This document shows, in pieces, positions 32,672 to 42,268 of a DNA stretch of 46,564 nucleotides. The position numbers were made by a program, and so were the translations under genes. The DNA comes from a virus. Taxonomy: Duplodnaviria; Caudoviricetes. The notes beneath the pieces are model-generated. The model was not told the origin of the DNA and did no database searches. It worked only from the letters and a program-made list of their open reading frames with translations. The stretch lies in the IMG/VR virus record IMGVR_UViG_3300037873_000025, positions 1-46,564 of that record. The stretch is one strand, 5' to 3'. Positions within the stretch are counted from its first letter, which is position 1. Each line of letters begins with the position of its first letter.

Positions 32672-35437
32672 TCACCCTCCCGTCACGGTCGTAGCGGAGG
32701 TTCGTCGGGCCGTAACCGCCGCGACGGACGTCCGGCGGGCACTGACCGGCGGCGCGAGCACGCCCGCCCCGATCGAGATGGTTGCCATGCCGGCGGTGGC
32801 GGTGACGGTGACCGCGTCCGGCCACATGAGCAGGCCGTGGCCGACGCTCGCCATTCCCGGCGTGACGCTCACGCCCGCACCGGTCAGTGGGATGTCCAGC
32901 GCGATCGCCACCGAGCCGGTGGTGACACTGACCGCCACCGGCTCCGGTGTCACGTCGACCGCCAGGCTCAGGCTGCCGGCCACCGCGGTGACCGTGATGC
33001 CACCCGGGACGATGCTCACCGCGCCGGTCGTCACGACCAGCCCGGCCGGGACGATGCTCACTGCGGCGCCGGTGAGCGCGACGGTCAGGCCCTGAGTGAT
33101 GGCCGCAGCGCCCGGTGTGGCCGTGACGGTCACCGGGTCGGGTGTGATCCCGACCGCGCCGGTGGTGACGGTCAGCGCTCCCGCGCTACAGGTGACCGTC
33201 ACCGCGGCCGGGGTGACCGGCTGCGCGCCGCTCTCGGCGGCTACCTCCACCGTGCCCGGTGTCGTTGTCACCGTCACCGCGGCTGGCGTGATTGCCGCAG
33301 TGGCGGTGAGGGCCAGCGTGCCGGGGGTGGCGGTCGTGGTGACCGGTGCCGGAGTTATCGCGGCAGTGCTCGTGATCGTCAACGCGCCCGGGGTGGCGGT
33401 AACGGTGACCGCGTCCGGGGTGATGTCCAGTGCTCCGGCAACCCCGGTGGACCACACCACCAGCGCCACGCTGATCTGCTTGGCGGCGTCCCCGCCGGGG
33501 AGGGTGAGCGTGTCCGCCCTGACCCCGGCGCCCTGGCCGTCCAGGATGAGATACCCGCCGACCCCGGCGTTCCCCCCGGCGCCCTTCCCGGCGTAGGCGT
33601 CCAGGAGCAGGTTCCCGCCGGCTACCAACGCCGGGTTTATGGCGGCGGCGGCCCAGCCGGTGCCGGCCGCGCCACCGTCGCGGATGGCGGCGGCGGCGAC
33701 CAGCAGCAGGTCCCCGGCCGGGATCGAGGCGGTGTCACCGGTGGCCAGGGACGTGACGGAGCCGGTATCGGAGTCCGCGGTGGCGGCATCCGCGAACCCG
33801 AACGCGCCACCTTCCTCGACGCGTAGCCATATGGCGTCGGTCGGGTCGGCGGACCAGGCGGCGGTGAACAGCCCGTCGGTCACCGTGCTGGTGGGGACGA
33901 GCTCGGCGACGCCGAGGGAGCGGCGGGCCAGGTCGTTACCGGGCAGGGTGGCCTCGACCACCCGGTTGGTCCAGGTGCCACCGCCGGCGTCGGGGGTGAC
34001 GCCGAACGCGGTGCCGCCGCCGCGGGAGAACGCGATGCAGATCAGCCGCTCGCCGACGGCGCAGGAGAGGGTGGCCGGGTTGGCGGAGACGGTGCCGGAG
34101 ATCAGCCCGGTTGCGGCGGCGTTCGCCACGGTCAGCGTGCCCGGGCTGGCGCTCACCGTCTCGGCTGCCGGGGTGATGTCCACCGAGCCAGTGGTGACGG
34201 TCAGGGCTCCGGAGGTGGCGGTCACGGTGACCGTGGCCGGGGTTACCTCGATCGGTGGTGGGGGGGTGACCTCGAACTCGGCCCACGAGTCAGCATCGTT
34301 GACCGCCACGGTGATGTCCCGCGAGCCGCCGCCGCCGGCCTTCCGAAGCCACAGCGAGTACCCCAGCCGGTCACCGGCCGACCAGGTCGTGCTCAATGTG
34401 AGGGTCGCGACCTTGATACCGGTGGTGTTGTGCTCGGCGCTGAAGTCGGAGTCGGCCTGAAGCACCCCGGCGGAATTGTAGCGGTGGACCTGCCACTTGT
34501 AGGCCAGGGTGGCCGCAGACACGGCGGTGACCTGGAACTGGGTGGAGATGGTGGCCGAGCCGACCGCTGTCCCGACGGTCCGCACCCATTCGAGCATCTT
34601 CGTGAAGCTGCCGCTGCTGGTACTGCCCGAGCCGAGGGTGGTCGGGGTGCCCTGGGTTTCGGACAGGTCCCGGACGATACCGCCGGTGCCCGGCTCGGTC
34701 TGGGTAGTGCGCAGGAAGTTCCGGCTCAACGCGAGTGGGCCGGCGTCCTCGTACTGGAAGTCCAGGTCGGTCGCGTCCACCGCGGCGCCGACAGCAACCG
34801 AGATCTCGTCGGCCCGATCGAGCGTGAAGTCCTCGATGTTGATGTTGACGTCGGCCTGGTCGAACGCCCACCCGGCGGTCGGGGCCGCGTCCCGCCAGTT
34901 GTCCAGGTGGTCCTCAAGGCCGGCGGCCTCAATCTCGGCGTCGCCGAACGTATCGGCGGCCCACGGCAGCTCGTTGGCCCAGACCGCCATGGCCGCGAGG
35001 TCGGAACCTGGTCCCCAGCCGAACACTGGGTCGAACGTGTGCCAGGTGCCGCCGGTCGGTGCCACCCAGTCGGCGATCGCAAGATCGGTGACAACGTGGG
35101 TCCATCCGACCAGGTTGAGCATGCTGAACCGGACCTTCTCGGTGCCGGCCGGCTTGCGGATTACCAGCAGGTGCCAGTCACCAGCGGTGAAGGTCGGCCC
35201 GCTGCCCCCCGAGCCGCCGGACCACCACAAGACCTTGTTGTTCGTGCCGACGCTGATCTTCCCGACCGCGACGCCGGTCGAGTCGTAGGCCGCCAGTAGT
35301 GTCCGGTTTGTGGAGTCGTAGGCGGCCAGCGGCCGGAAAAAGAACGCGATGGTGCCGAAGGCGAAGCTATCGAGCCCGCCCAACCCGGCGGCGAAGACGA
35401 CATCATCATCGGCGTCCAGCCGGCGGACGGTCGGCAC
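32672..35437 (-). CDS. Putative head/neck fibre: LamG-like N-terminus, beta domains and ~22-aa Thr/Val/Ala repeats (921 aa)
   Basis: GTIAFFFR...WHLLVI LamG-like segment; about a dozen ITP-x-VTVTATPG-x-L repeats. Confidence 0.7.
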   Translation of the reverse strand: MPTVRRLDADDDVVFAAGLGGLDSFAFGTIAFFFRPLAAYDSTNRTLLAAYDSTGVAVGKISVGTNNKVLWWSGGSGGSGPTFTAGDWHLLVIRKPAGTEKVRFSMLNLVGWTHVVTDLAIADWVAPTGGTWHTFDPVFGWGPGSDLAAMAVWANELPWAADTFGDAEIEAAGLEDHLDNWRDAAPTAGWAFDQADVNINIEDFTLDRADEISVAVGAAVDATDLDFQYEDAGPLALSRNFLRTTQTEPGTGGIVRDLSETQGTPTTLGSGSTSSGSFTKMLEWVRTVGTAVGSATISTQFQVTAVSAATLAYKWQVHRYNSAGVLQADSDFSAEHNTTGIKVATLTLSTTWSAGDRLGYSLWLRKAGGGGSRDITVAVNDADSWAEFEVTPPPPIEVTPATVTVTATSGALTVTTGSVDITPAAETVSASPGTLTVANAAATGLISGTVSANPATLSCAVGERLICIAFSRGGGTAFGVTPDAGGGTWTNRVVEATLPGNDLARRSLGVAELVPTSTVTDGLFTAAWSADPTDAIWLRVEEGGAFGFADAATADSDTGSVTSLATGDTASIPAGDLLLVAAAAIRDGGAAGTGWAAAAINPALVAGGNLLLDAYAGKGAGGNAGVGGYLILDGQGAGVRADTLTLPGGDAAKQISVALVVWSTGVAGALDITPDAVTVTATPGALTITSTAAITPAPVTTTATPGTLALTATAAITPAAVTVTTTPGTVEVAAESGAQPVTPAAVTVTCSAGALTVTTGAVGITPDPVTVTATPGAAAITQGLTVALTGAAVSIVPAGLVVTTGAVSIVPGGITVTAVAGSLSLAVDVTPEPVAVSVTTGSVAIALDIPLTGAGVSVTPGMASVGHGLLMWPDAVTVTATAGMATISIGAGVLAPPVSARRTSVAAVTARRTSATTVTGG

Positions 35438-35447
35438 GGGTCAGGCC

Positions 35448-35744
35448 CTACCGAAGACCCTCGACGTCGTCGGAGAATGCGCGGAAGTCCTTCGCCGACG
35501 CGAGCGCCTGGGCACCCAGGTAGATCTGCCGTAGCTGCTCGAAGTCGTTGTTCACCGTGCCGATCAGGTTCGCATCGGCGGTCGCGAACCCAAACTCCGT
35601 CTCCAGCCCGGACGCTCCCCGCGCCTGGAAGAACGCGTTGAACTGCTCGACGTCGTCGAACAGCTCCCGAAGCTGTACCGCGATCCGGCCGATGGTCTGG
35701 TTGACCTGGTCCTTCGTCGTCAGAGCTGCATACCCAGCGGCCAT
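35448..35744 (-). CDS. Hypothetical helical protein (98 aa)
   Basis: AAGGAGGAG RBS; lies in the virion gene block. Confidence 0.75.
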   Translation of the reverse strand: MAAGYAALTTKDQVNQTIGRIAVQLRELFDDVEQFNAFFQARGASGLETEFGFATADANLIGTVNNDFEQLRQIYLGAQALASAKDFRAFSDDVEGLR

Positions 35745-35772
35745 GGCTCCTCCTTAGGTGACGGTGATCGAT

Positions 35773-36207
35773 TTAGGCGAGCGTGACGAGGATGTTGCTG
35801 CCCCACGTGGCCGTGATGTCCCCACCGTTGGGCGTCACCGGCAGGCCGGTCGAGGCGCTGTCCCAGGTGATCATCAGCGGGGACGTACTTTCCGTGCCGG
35901 TGTTCTTGAACACCGTCAGATATTCGGCCTCGTCACCCGTGATTGCCGAGAACGTGAGCGCGCCCGAGAGGGTCACCACCCCACCGGAAGCAGTGCCTCC
36001 GGGAACATCCGCCTGCGCACCAACAGCGATCAGGCCGGCGGAGACATCCGCCCAGTCCTCGTCGGTGGCGCCATCAACGGCTCCGCCGGGAACGTCCGCG
36101 GCGTCGAGCAGGGCGGCTTCGATGTCATCGGCGTCGAAGTCGGGGAGCGTATGGTTGCCGGCGCCGAGCATCAGCTGGAGCCAGTTGGTGTGCACGATGG
36201 TGGCCAT
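35773..36207 (-). CDS. Virion structural protein, probable fibre base or decoration (144 aa)
   Basis: GAGGAG RBS; DFDADDIEAALL...SPLM...GLPVTPNGGDITATW. Confidence 0.7.
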   Translation of the reverse strand: MATIVHTNWLQLMLGAGNHTLPDFDADDIEAALLDAADVPGGAVDGATDEDWADVSAGLIAVGAQADVPGGTASGGVVTLSGALTFSAITGDEAEYLTVFKNTGTESTSPLMITWDSASTGLPVTPNGGDITATWGSNILVTLA

Positions 36208-36216
36208 TGAATCTCC

Positions 36217-36561
36217 TCACATTTGCGCGGGTGTCGCGTGCACCGTCACCGGTGGCAGGATCAGCCCCTGGGTCGGCGGCTTGGCGACCACGTTGACCGG
36301 CTCGAACCCGCCATGGTCGTGCAGCCGCTGCATGCGCGCCCAGATGGTGGTGGACACGATGATCGTGCCCTCGCCATCCAGCTGCAGGTGGTACGTCTTG
36401 CACTGGTGCGGGTGACCGCACAGCCGGCATACGGGCCGGTGCAGGTTCGGCGGCAGCAGGCGTGACCGGTCGCGGACGATGAACAACCGGTCGGCCACCG
36501 AGACGATCCCCTCGGCGCGAAGCCTCGCCGGCTGCGGCTGGATCCGGATCCCGTCAGCCAC
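36217..36561 (-). CDS. Hypothetical protein with CxxC-x-H-x-H-x-C motif
   Basis: GGAGG RBS; VCRLCGHPHQCKTYH. Confidence 0.7.
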   Translation of the reverse strand: MADGIRIQPQPARLRAEGIVSVADRLFIVRDRSRLLPPNLHRPVCRLCGHPHQCKTYHLQLDGEGTIIVSTTIWARMQRLHDHGGFEPVNVVAKPPTQGLILPPVTVHATPAQM

Positions 36562-37174
36562 CGTCTCGCCTCCGCCACTTCTCGCGGAACCGGGCCAGCC
36601 CCGCAGCCCATCCGTTCAGCCGGCCCACGTCGGTCGGGCCGGCCGTGTTGTGCAGCACCATCTCCGCGCCACCGCTGAGGCACCAGTTGTGGCGGCCGGC
36701 GGCCAGCTGCTGCTCGCACATGTCATGGTCGTAGCCATGCCAGCCCGGATAGCTCTCGTCCCAGACCACCGGCTGCGCGGTGGCCAGCAACAGCCCGTCC
36801 AGGTAGGTGCACTCACCGCCCGGGCCGAAGTCGAGCCGGCCCATGCGCGCGTCAACCACCGAGCCGCAGGTGGTGCCGTCCCACCACGGGATGGCGTAGT
36901 CCCGGCTGCCGATGAGCCCCACCATGCCCACCTCCGGCGTGCAGCTCCGGACCAGCTCGTCACGCAGCCGCGCCGGGTCGGCCACCCGCACGTCGTGATG
37001 CACGTAGCAGCGGATCGGCTGGGTGGCCCGGGCCTGGCCCTGGTTGTACGCGGCGGCGATCGATGCGGCGTGCTCAACCACCACCAGCTCATCCCCGGGG
37101 CCGAGCGCCAGCGTCGCACCCAGGTTCTCGGCCAGCACCTCCGGCCGGTGCGATGCGACGATCCAGGAGATCAT
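36554..37174 (-). CDS. GT-A glycosyltransferase (Glyco_tranf_2_5-like)
   Basis: SIAAAYNQG...YVHHDV...GMVGLIGS...LDGLLLAT...DESYPGWHGYDHDMC. Confidence 0.82.
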   Translation of the reverse strand: MISWIVASHRPEVLAENLGATLALGPGDELVVVEHAASIAAAYNQGQARATQPIRCYVHHDVRVADPARLRDELVRSCTPEVGMVGLIGSRDYAIPWWDGTTCGSVVDARMGRLDFGPGGECTYLDGLLLATAQPVVWDESYPGWHGYDHDMCEQQLAAGRHNWCLSGGAEMVLHNTAGPTDVGRLNGWAAGLARFREKWRRRDGG

Positions 37175-37677
37175 CGCCGCAGCGCCGCCGTCTCGGCCTG
37201 CCACGGCCCCTTCGCGCCGGCCGGCGTGCGCCAGCCCGAGCCGTACCGCACCTCCAGGTACTCGGACGGTGGCGACGGCAGCGGATAGCGGCGGCCGGCG
37301 AGCTCCAGCCGGGTCAGCGGGTCGAACAGGTGGGCCGGCTTGGATAGCCGACCGCAGTCGGTGTCCGCCACCAGCCGGTCGCCGTCGCGGCGGTAGGCGT
37401 ACACGTCGAAGATCACGCCCCGGGACGTGTAGGCACGCTGGTACGGCATCGTCCGTGCCAGCGCCCACCCGGCGGTGGCGAACGTGAGGTGCACCCGGTC
37501 CAGCACCCCCGGCGGATCATCCAGCACACCCACGTCGAGATCGGTGTCGTGCGGGATCAGCCGGCCGTCACGCACCACCCCCAACGCAGTGCCGGCCGAC
37601 AGCCACCAGCGCAGCCCGAGCCCATCGAGCAGATCCGCACCGGCGGCCAGGACCTCGGTCGCGTGCGGCGGCATCAC
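37171..37677 (-). CDS. licD: LicD/fukutin-family phosphotransferase
   Basis: WWLSAGTALGVVRDG-x-IPHDTDLDVG...FDVY...P-x3-EYLEVRYG-x-WRTP. Confidence 0.85.
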   Translation of the reverse strand: MMPPHATEVLAAGADLLDGLGLRWWLSAGTALGVVRDGRLIPHDTDLDVGVLDDPPGVLDRVHLTFATAGWALARTMPYQRAYTSRGVIFDVYAYRRDGDRLVADTDCGRLSKPAHLFDPLTRLELAGRRYPLPSPPSEYLEVRYGSGWRTPAGAKGPWQAETAALRR

Positions 37678-38306
37678 AGCGGCCGCCGGAACGCGACCAT
37701 CTTCGACTCGCCCAGCCCGGTAACCACCGGCGCTGGATCGGCCGTGGCCGACCACTCCCGCATCGCGGCCAGGGTCAGCGGAAAGTCGCCATCCTGGCTC
37801 ACGATGCAGCCGCCCGGAGTAACCAGCGGCCACAGGTGAGTCAGGCATGTCCTTGCCGACGCCGCCAGATCCACGTCCAGGTACGCGGCGGCGACCGGCT
37901 CGGCCAGGTGCGGAAGCGTGTCCGTGAACCAGCCCGGCAGGTAGGTGACCACCTCCGGCACGCCGTAACGCTCGACAGTGGCCTGGACCTCGGCCAGCGA
38001 CCCGGCGTAGGCGCCAGCACCGAACATGCCGGCGATCGAGCGGTCGTCGATGCTTCGGCGGTGCGGCTCGCTGTTCGGCGGCAGCCCGCGGAAGCTGTCA
38101 CACACGACCAGCTTGCGGCACAGCATGTCGGCCAGGTGCGACCACTTCGCCGCGGACGCACCCTGATAGGCACCGCATTCGACCAGCACGCCCGGCACCG
38201 GGTTCTCTAGCACCGCATCCACGAAGGCGGCGATGTGCCACGGCTCGTGAGGCGCCGGCATGTCCACCGAGGCGATCCGCCGGTCAAGCTCGGCCCGGTC
38301 AAGCAT
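37674..38306 (-). CDS. TylF/MycF/NovP-family sugar O-methyltransferase
   Basis: VPGVLVECGAYQGAS, DSFRGLP, GWFTDTLP, LDVDL and LWPLVTPGG. Confidence 0.85.
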   Translation of the reverse strand: MLDRAELDRRIASVDMPAPHEPWHIAAFVDAVLENPVPGVLVECGAYQGASAAKWSHLADMLCRKLVVCDSFRGLPPNSEPHRRSIDDRSIAGMFGAGAYAGSLAEVQATVERYGVPEVVTYLPGWFTDTLPHLAEPVAAAYLDVDLAASARTCLTHLWPLVTPGGCIVSQDGDFPLTLAAMREWSATADPAPVVTGLGESKMVAFRRPL

Positions 38307-39660
38307 TGGCGGCCAGCCGTGCGGCGAACAGCTCCCGGTCGGCGTCGGCCGACTCCCGGCCGCGGCGGTAGACCTCATCATCCGGGGCCTTGCCCGCGAT
38401 CGGGTGCATGTGCTCCACGACCGAACCCAGCGCCATAGCCCACACCCCACGCTGCTTCGCCACGGTCACGATCTCGTCATCGACGAACCAATGCCGGTAC
38501 CCCTCGTGCGCCACGGCGCCCGGCCCGTCCCACCCGCCGCCGAGCTCGTCCACGTACGACCGGCGGACCAGCATGTGGGTCGCGTGGTGGCCGGCCATCA
38601 CCCGGGAGTTGGCCAGGTCGTTCGTGCCGACCACGTGGTAGCGCTCGCCGGCCACCGCCTGCGCGTGGTCCAGCCAGCCCGGCCGGAACAGCACGTCGTC
38701 ACCGGCGACCAGCAACCACGGTTCGGCTGTCTGCCGGTAGGCCAGGTTGATCCGCTCCGCGAACGTCGCGACATCACCGGCCAGCACCTCGGCACCGGCC
38801 GCCTTCCACGCGGCGATCGCCTCGGTCTCATCCGGACGGGCCACGGCGTACGCCCGCGCCAGGCCGGTCGACGCGCGCAAGGAGTCCATGAACCGCTGAG
38901 CGTGGACATGCCGGATCGCCGGCACCAGCACCGCAGTCGGCTCGGTCGCCGGCGGCGCGACCGCCTGGTGCCAGTAGTCCGCCTCGCCCACCCAGGTTGT
39001 CTTCTGGTGGTCGGTCCGTACGCCGGTGTGCACGTGCACCGCAACGCCCACCGCGCCGGCCCGCACGCAGAACGAGAGATCCTCACTGATCAGCCCACCG
39101 GTGGAGTCCGGAACCCGGTCATACCAGTGCGGCCCGAATTCGGCCCGGATCTTCTCCAGCACCTCCCGGTGCACCAGCACGCAGGCAGCACCGGTGCCGG
39201 CGCACCGCACCACCGTGTTCGGCGGATAGGTCGTGCGCCCTCGGAACCCCTGCGCGTCATCCTCCGTGACCCAGTCGAAGATGGTGGGCCGCGGAGCGCA
39301 CCGGTAGCCGCCCAGGCCGTCCGGTGACACCTCCTTGTACGCGAAGCACAGCCCCCCGACTATCGGCCGGTCGACCGGGTCCGCCACCTCCATCAGCCGG
39401 TCCACCGTGTCCGGCGCAAACCCCATGTCCGTGTCAACCCACCACAGCCACGGGCTGTCAGTCTCGTCCAGGAACCGCCGCACCAGCTCGTTCCGGCCCT
39501 CGACGATCCCGCCGGTACCGCACCGCATCCCCATCCACCCGCCGCGGATGATCCGGGATTGGCGGCCGAGGTCGTACCCGACCATCTCCAGTAGCGACCG
39601 GTGCCACGAGTAGGCCACGTCAGTCTGGTGGAGGTAGGCCACGGTGACGGAGTCGGTCAC
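38299..39660 (-). CDS. Tandem two-domain GT-A (GT2-like) glycosyltransferase
   Basis: Domain 1: GRNELV...WWVDTDM...TGAACVLVHR...SEDLSFC. Domain 2: VLVP...IN...VAGDDV...HWFVDDE. Confidence 0.85.
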   Translation of the reverse strand: MTDSVTVAYLHQTDVAYSWHRSLLEMVGYDLGRQSRIIRGGWMGMRCGTGGIVEGRNELVRRFLDETDSPWLWWVDTDMGFAPDTVDRLMEVADPVDRPIVGGLCFAYKEVSPDGLGGYRCAPRPTIFDWVTEDDAQGFRGRTTYPPNTVVRCAGTGAACVLVHREVLEKIRAEFGPHWYDRVPDSTGGLISEDLSFCVRAGAVGVAVHVHTGVRTDHQKTTWVGEADYWHQAVAPPATEPTAVLVPAIRHVHAQRFMDSLRASTGLARAYAVARPDETEAIAAWKAAGAEVLAGDVATFAERINLAYRQTAEPWLLVAGDDVLFRPGWLDHAQAVAGERYHVVGTNDLANSRVMAGHHATHMLVRRSYVDELGGGWDGPGAVAHEGYRHWFVDDEIVTVAKQRGVWAMALGSVVEHMHPIAGKAPDDEVYRRGRESADADRELFAARLAANA

Positions 39661-39932
39661 CGCTCGACCTGGTCCGGCTCCGTTCGGCGCGGGCGCCGGA
39701 TCGCCCGGCGCTCACCCGGCGCGGCCGTGGCCTGCTCCACCGGAGGCGGCGCGTCCGGGCGCGGGGTGACCGAGAACGTCAGGCCGACCGCAGGGTCATC
39801 GGCGAACAGGCCCGGGTACTTTTTGACCACCGGGTCATCGGCCGGCCAGTGCTGACCGATGTGTACCCAGACGCGCGTGCCGTCCGGCGCGACCACCCAG
39901 GTCTTACCGGTCCGCGCGTAGACCACCTTCAT
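39657..39932 (-). CDS. Hypothetical protein following the capsid gene (91 aa)
   Basis: GAGGAGG RBS; ADDPVVKKYPGLF...VEQATAAPGERR. Confidence 0.75.
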   Translation of the reverse strand: MKVVYARTGKTWVVAPDGTRVWVHIGQHWPADDPVVKKYPGLFADDPAVGLTFSVTPRPDAPPPVEQATAAPGERRAIRRPRRTEPDQVER

Positions 39933-39956
39933 GAGACCTCCTCGGTTGCGGCGTGC

Positions 39957-39988
39957 GGCCCCGGGAGCAGAGAAAGGCCCCCGGGGCC
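39957..39988 (-). terminator. Hairpin downstream of the major capsid gene
   Basis: GGCCCCGGG...CCCGGGGCC 9-bp stem, no U-tract. Confidence 0.5.
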
Positions 39989-40001
39989 ACACCGCCTGTC
40001 A

Positions 40002-41492
40002 TCAGGTCTGGTTCAGCAGCCGGAAGCCGGCGGTGTTGCTCGCCCCGCCACCGATCCGCGCCCACGCGAACCAGCCACGCTGCCCGGTCGGCAGGCCATT
40101 GGTCGTACCGAACAGATGCGGCACAAGCTCGACGGTCATCCCCGACCGGCGCGCGACGACGTAGTTCTGCCAGTCACCCACCACCAGAACGTTCTGATGG
40201 CCGGTAGTCGCATCGAAGTCCGGGAAGTAGCTGGATTCATACACCAGCTTGCCCCGCAGCACGTCGATCGCCGGATCCGGCAGCTGCCGGGTCACCGCGT
40301 GCCAGGCATCCGCGGTGCCGAACCGCTGAATGGCCGTGTTCACGTCGATCGACATCATCCACGCCGCCCGACGGCGGTACTTCGCCGGCAGCCGCGACCA
40401 GACGTTGTAGACATCGATGTCGCCGAGCGTGCCCGCCGTGGTCAGCAGCACCTCAGCGCCCGACGTGGACCGGTCCAGCGCGGTGAGGATCCCGTCCGGC
40501 TCACCGGCGCCGGAACCGCGGGAGAACTTGTCCACCAGCAGCTCGTCATAGCCGGCCCCCAGGAGTCGGGACATCTCGTCGGCGAACATCGGATAGTCGT
40601 CGCCCACCTCGATCGAGTAGGGGATGAACCCGCGCGCCGTGTGAACGTCCACCTCCGGCTGGGCTAGCGTCACGTCGTCGTCGGACACCTCCGAGGCTTC
40701 CGGGTCGAACGACCAGCTAACCCCGGCCGCGGACACGCCCTTCCATGCGTTAGTGGTGACCGTCACCTGCCGGGCCAGGGTCAGGAACGGGTTGCCGGAC
40801 TCCTGGTCAGTCAAGATGATCGACGGGTCGATGAACACCGGAATTCCGAACCCTCCGGTGGACCCGGTGCCCTCGGCCATCGCCCGGTACTCCTTGAACG
40901 CCTGGACCGCCCGGTGCTCATCCTGGGTCAGGAATGGGTGGGTGTCAGTCACCAGCTTGACGAACGCGCTGCGGTAGTCGTCGTTCTCGGTCACCAACAG
41001 CCGCCGCGCAACGTCGGTGTCCCGGCGGATCTTCCGCTGGATCTGCGCCTTCTGGTTGTCCGTCAGGTGCATGGTAGCGACCCGGTTCTCCACCTGCCTC
41101 AGCGCAGCGTCACGGGCCTCCGCAGTGGACATCCGCCGCACGTCACCGAGCATGTCGTCGCCGTAGTTGATCCGGGCCAAGGCCCGCTCGACCGCCTTCG
41201 GCTTACGGCGGAAGATCTCCTGGATCTTCCGGTGCTCCTCCACCTTGGTGATGGCGAGATCCCGCAGCCTCAGGCCGTAGTTGAACGCGGCCTGCTCCTC
41301 GGCGGTCTTCTCGCGCAGCTCGCCCTCGTCGGTCTGGTGGATGCTGCGCAGGTGTGCGTCAAGCACCTCCACGTACTTGGCCAGCTCGTCAGGCGTCTTG
41401 CCCCGTAGCTCGTCAGGCGTCCCCTCGTCGAGCGTGCTCGCGTCCTTGTCGCGGAGCTCGTCCAGGATGGTGACACCGTTGTCGTCACTCAT
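40002..41492 (-). CDS. Major capsid protein, HK97 fold with N-terminal delta domain
   Basis: Coiled N-terminus; RAM...GGFGIP; GSGAGEPDGI; AAWMM; LVVGDWQNY; RIGG. Confidence 0.93.
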   Translation of the reverse strand: MSDDNGVTILDELRDKDASTLDEGTPDELRGKTPDELAKYVEVLDAHLRSIHQTDEGELREKTAEEQAAFNYGLRLRDLAITKVEEHRKIQEIFRRKPKAVERALARINYGDDMLGDVRRMSTAEARDAALRQVENRVATMHLTDNQKAQIQRKIRRDTDVARRLLVTENDDYRSAFVKLVTDTHPFLTQDEHRAVQAFKEYRAMAEGTGSTGGFGIPVFIDPSIILTDQESGNPFLTLARQVTVTTNAWKGVSAAGVSWSFDPEASEVSDDDVTLAQPEVDVHTARGFIPYSIEVGDDYPMFADEMSRLLGAGYDELLVDKFSRGSGAGEPDGILTALDRSTSGAEVLLTTAGTLGDIDVYNVWSRLPAKYRRRAAWMMSIDVNTAIQRFGTADAWHAVTRQLPDPAIDVLRGKLVYESSYFPDFDATTGHQNVLVVGDWQNYVVARRSGMTVELVPHLFGTTNGLPTGQRGWFAWARIGGGASNTAGFRLLNQT

Positions 41493-42268
41493 TGCTTGAT
41501 CCTTCGCAGTCGCAGTGCCCCATCATCGAGGCGCTGTTGGGTTGAGTGGACAGGCGACGCCAAGCCACTGCTGGGCTCCACGTCACGGTCACCGCCACCC
41601 GCGCTCCGCGCGCCGGGTCGCCCGGTGAGGTCTGGGATTGACCGGCCTGCGGCGCGCACCGCAGCCTCAAAGGCGCTGGCGTCACGCTGGCGCAGCCGGT
41701 CGTAGTAGGAGTCGGTCAACGACCGGACGGCGGCCGATGCCTTTGGGTTGGCCGGGAACGTAACCGGACCGAACTCCATCGTCTTGGTGCGCAGGATGGT
41801 GCGCTCCGGGATGCCCTTCGGGTTGCGCCGCGACGGCTTCGGCTCATCCGCCCACGACTCCTCCAGCACCCGCATCCGGAAGCTGGCGCCGTACACGCCA
41901 GCCCGCAGCCCAGGCAGTAGGTCCCGGTTGTAGCTGGTGTCGAACAGCGGGACCTCGTAGTACGGCCCCTTAGCCCGCTCCTCCAAGACCTCGATCGGCC
42001 CGAGCACCTTGTTGCCGATCGAGTCAAAACCGTGGTCGAACAGGACCCGCATCGAGTCGCGGTCTTCTTCGATAGTCTGGGCGAAGGCACCGGGGGCAAC
42101 GTGCTCCAGGAACTTCCCCTCCCACAGGCTGTCCACCTCGTACCAGACGTTGAACACCGAAAAGAAGCCGGACAGGGTGCCGAGTGGCCCATCACCGTCG
42201 CTACCTTCGGCACGAAGCTCGGGCGTGAGTGATACACCACGCACCAGGTCAATCTGTGGTGCCTGCAT
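41489..42268 (-). CDS. HK97-family prohead protease
   Basis: GFFSVFN...PGAFAQTI...VLFDHG...GASFRMRV...EFGPVTFPA; CAGGAGG RBS. Confidence 0.92.
   Translation of the reverse strand: MQAPQIDLVRGVSLTPELRAEGSDGDGPLGTLSGFFSVFNVWYEVDSLWEGKFLEHVAPGAFAQTIEEDRDSMRVLFDHGFDSIGNKVLGPIEVLEERAKGPYYEVPLFDTSYNRDLLPGLRAGVYGASFRMRVLEESWADEPKPSRRNPKGIPERTILRTKTMEFGPVTFPANPKASAAVRSLTDSYYDRLRQRDASAFEAAVRAAGRSIPDLTGRPGARSAGGGDRDVEPSSGLASPVHSTQQRLDDGALRLRRIKQ

Noticed and set aside
36554-39660. Host polysaccharide locus or DNA-hypermodification cluster
   Set aside because: The genes are coupled within the virion operon. There are no flippase/polymerase, nucleotide-modifying or DNA polymerase genes, so virion modification is the simpler reading, though untested.
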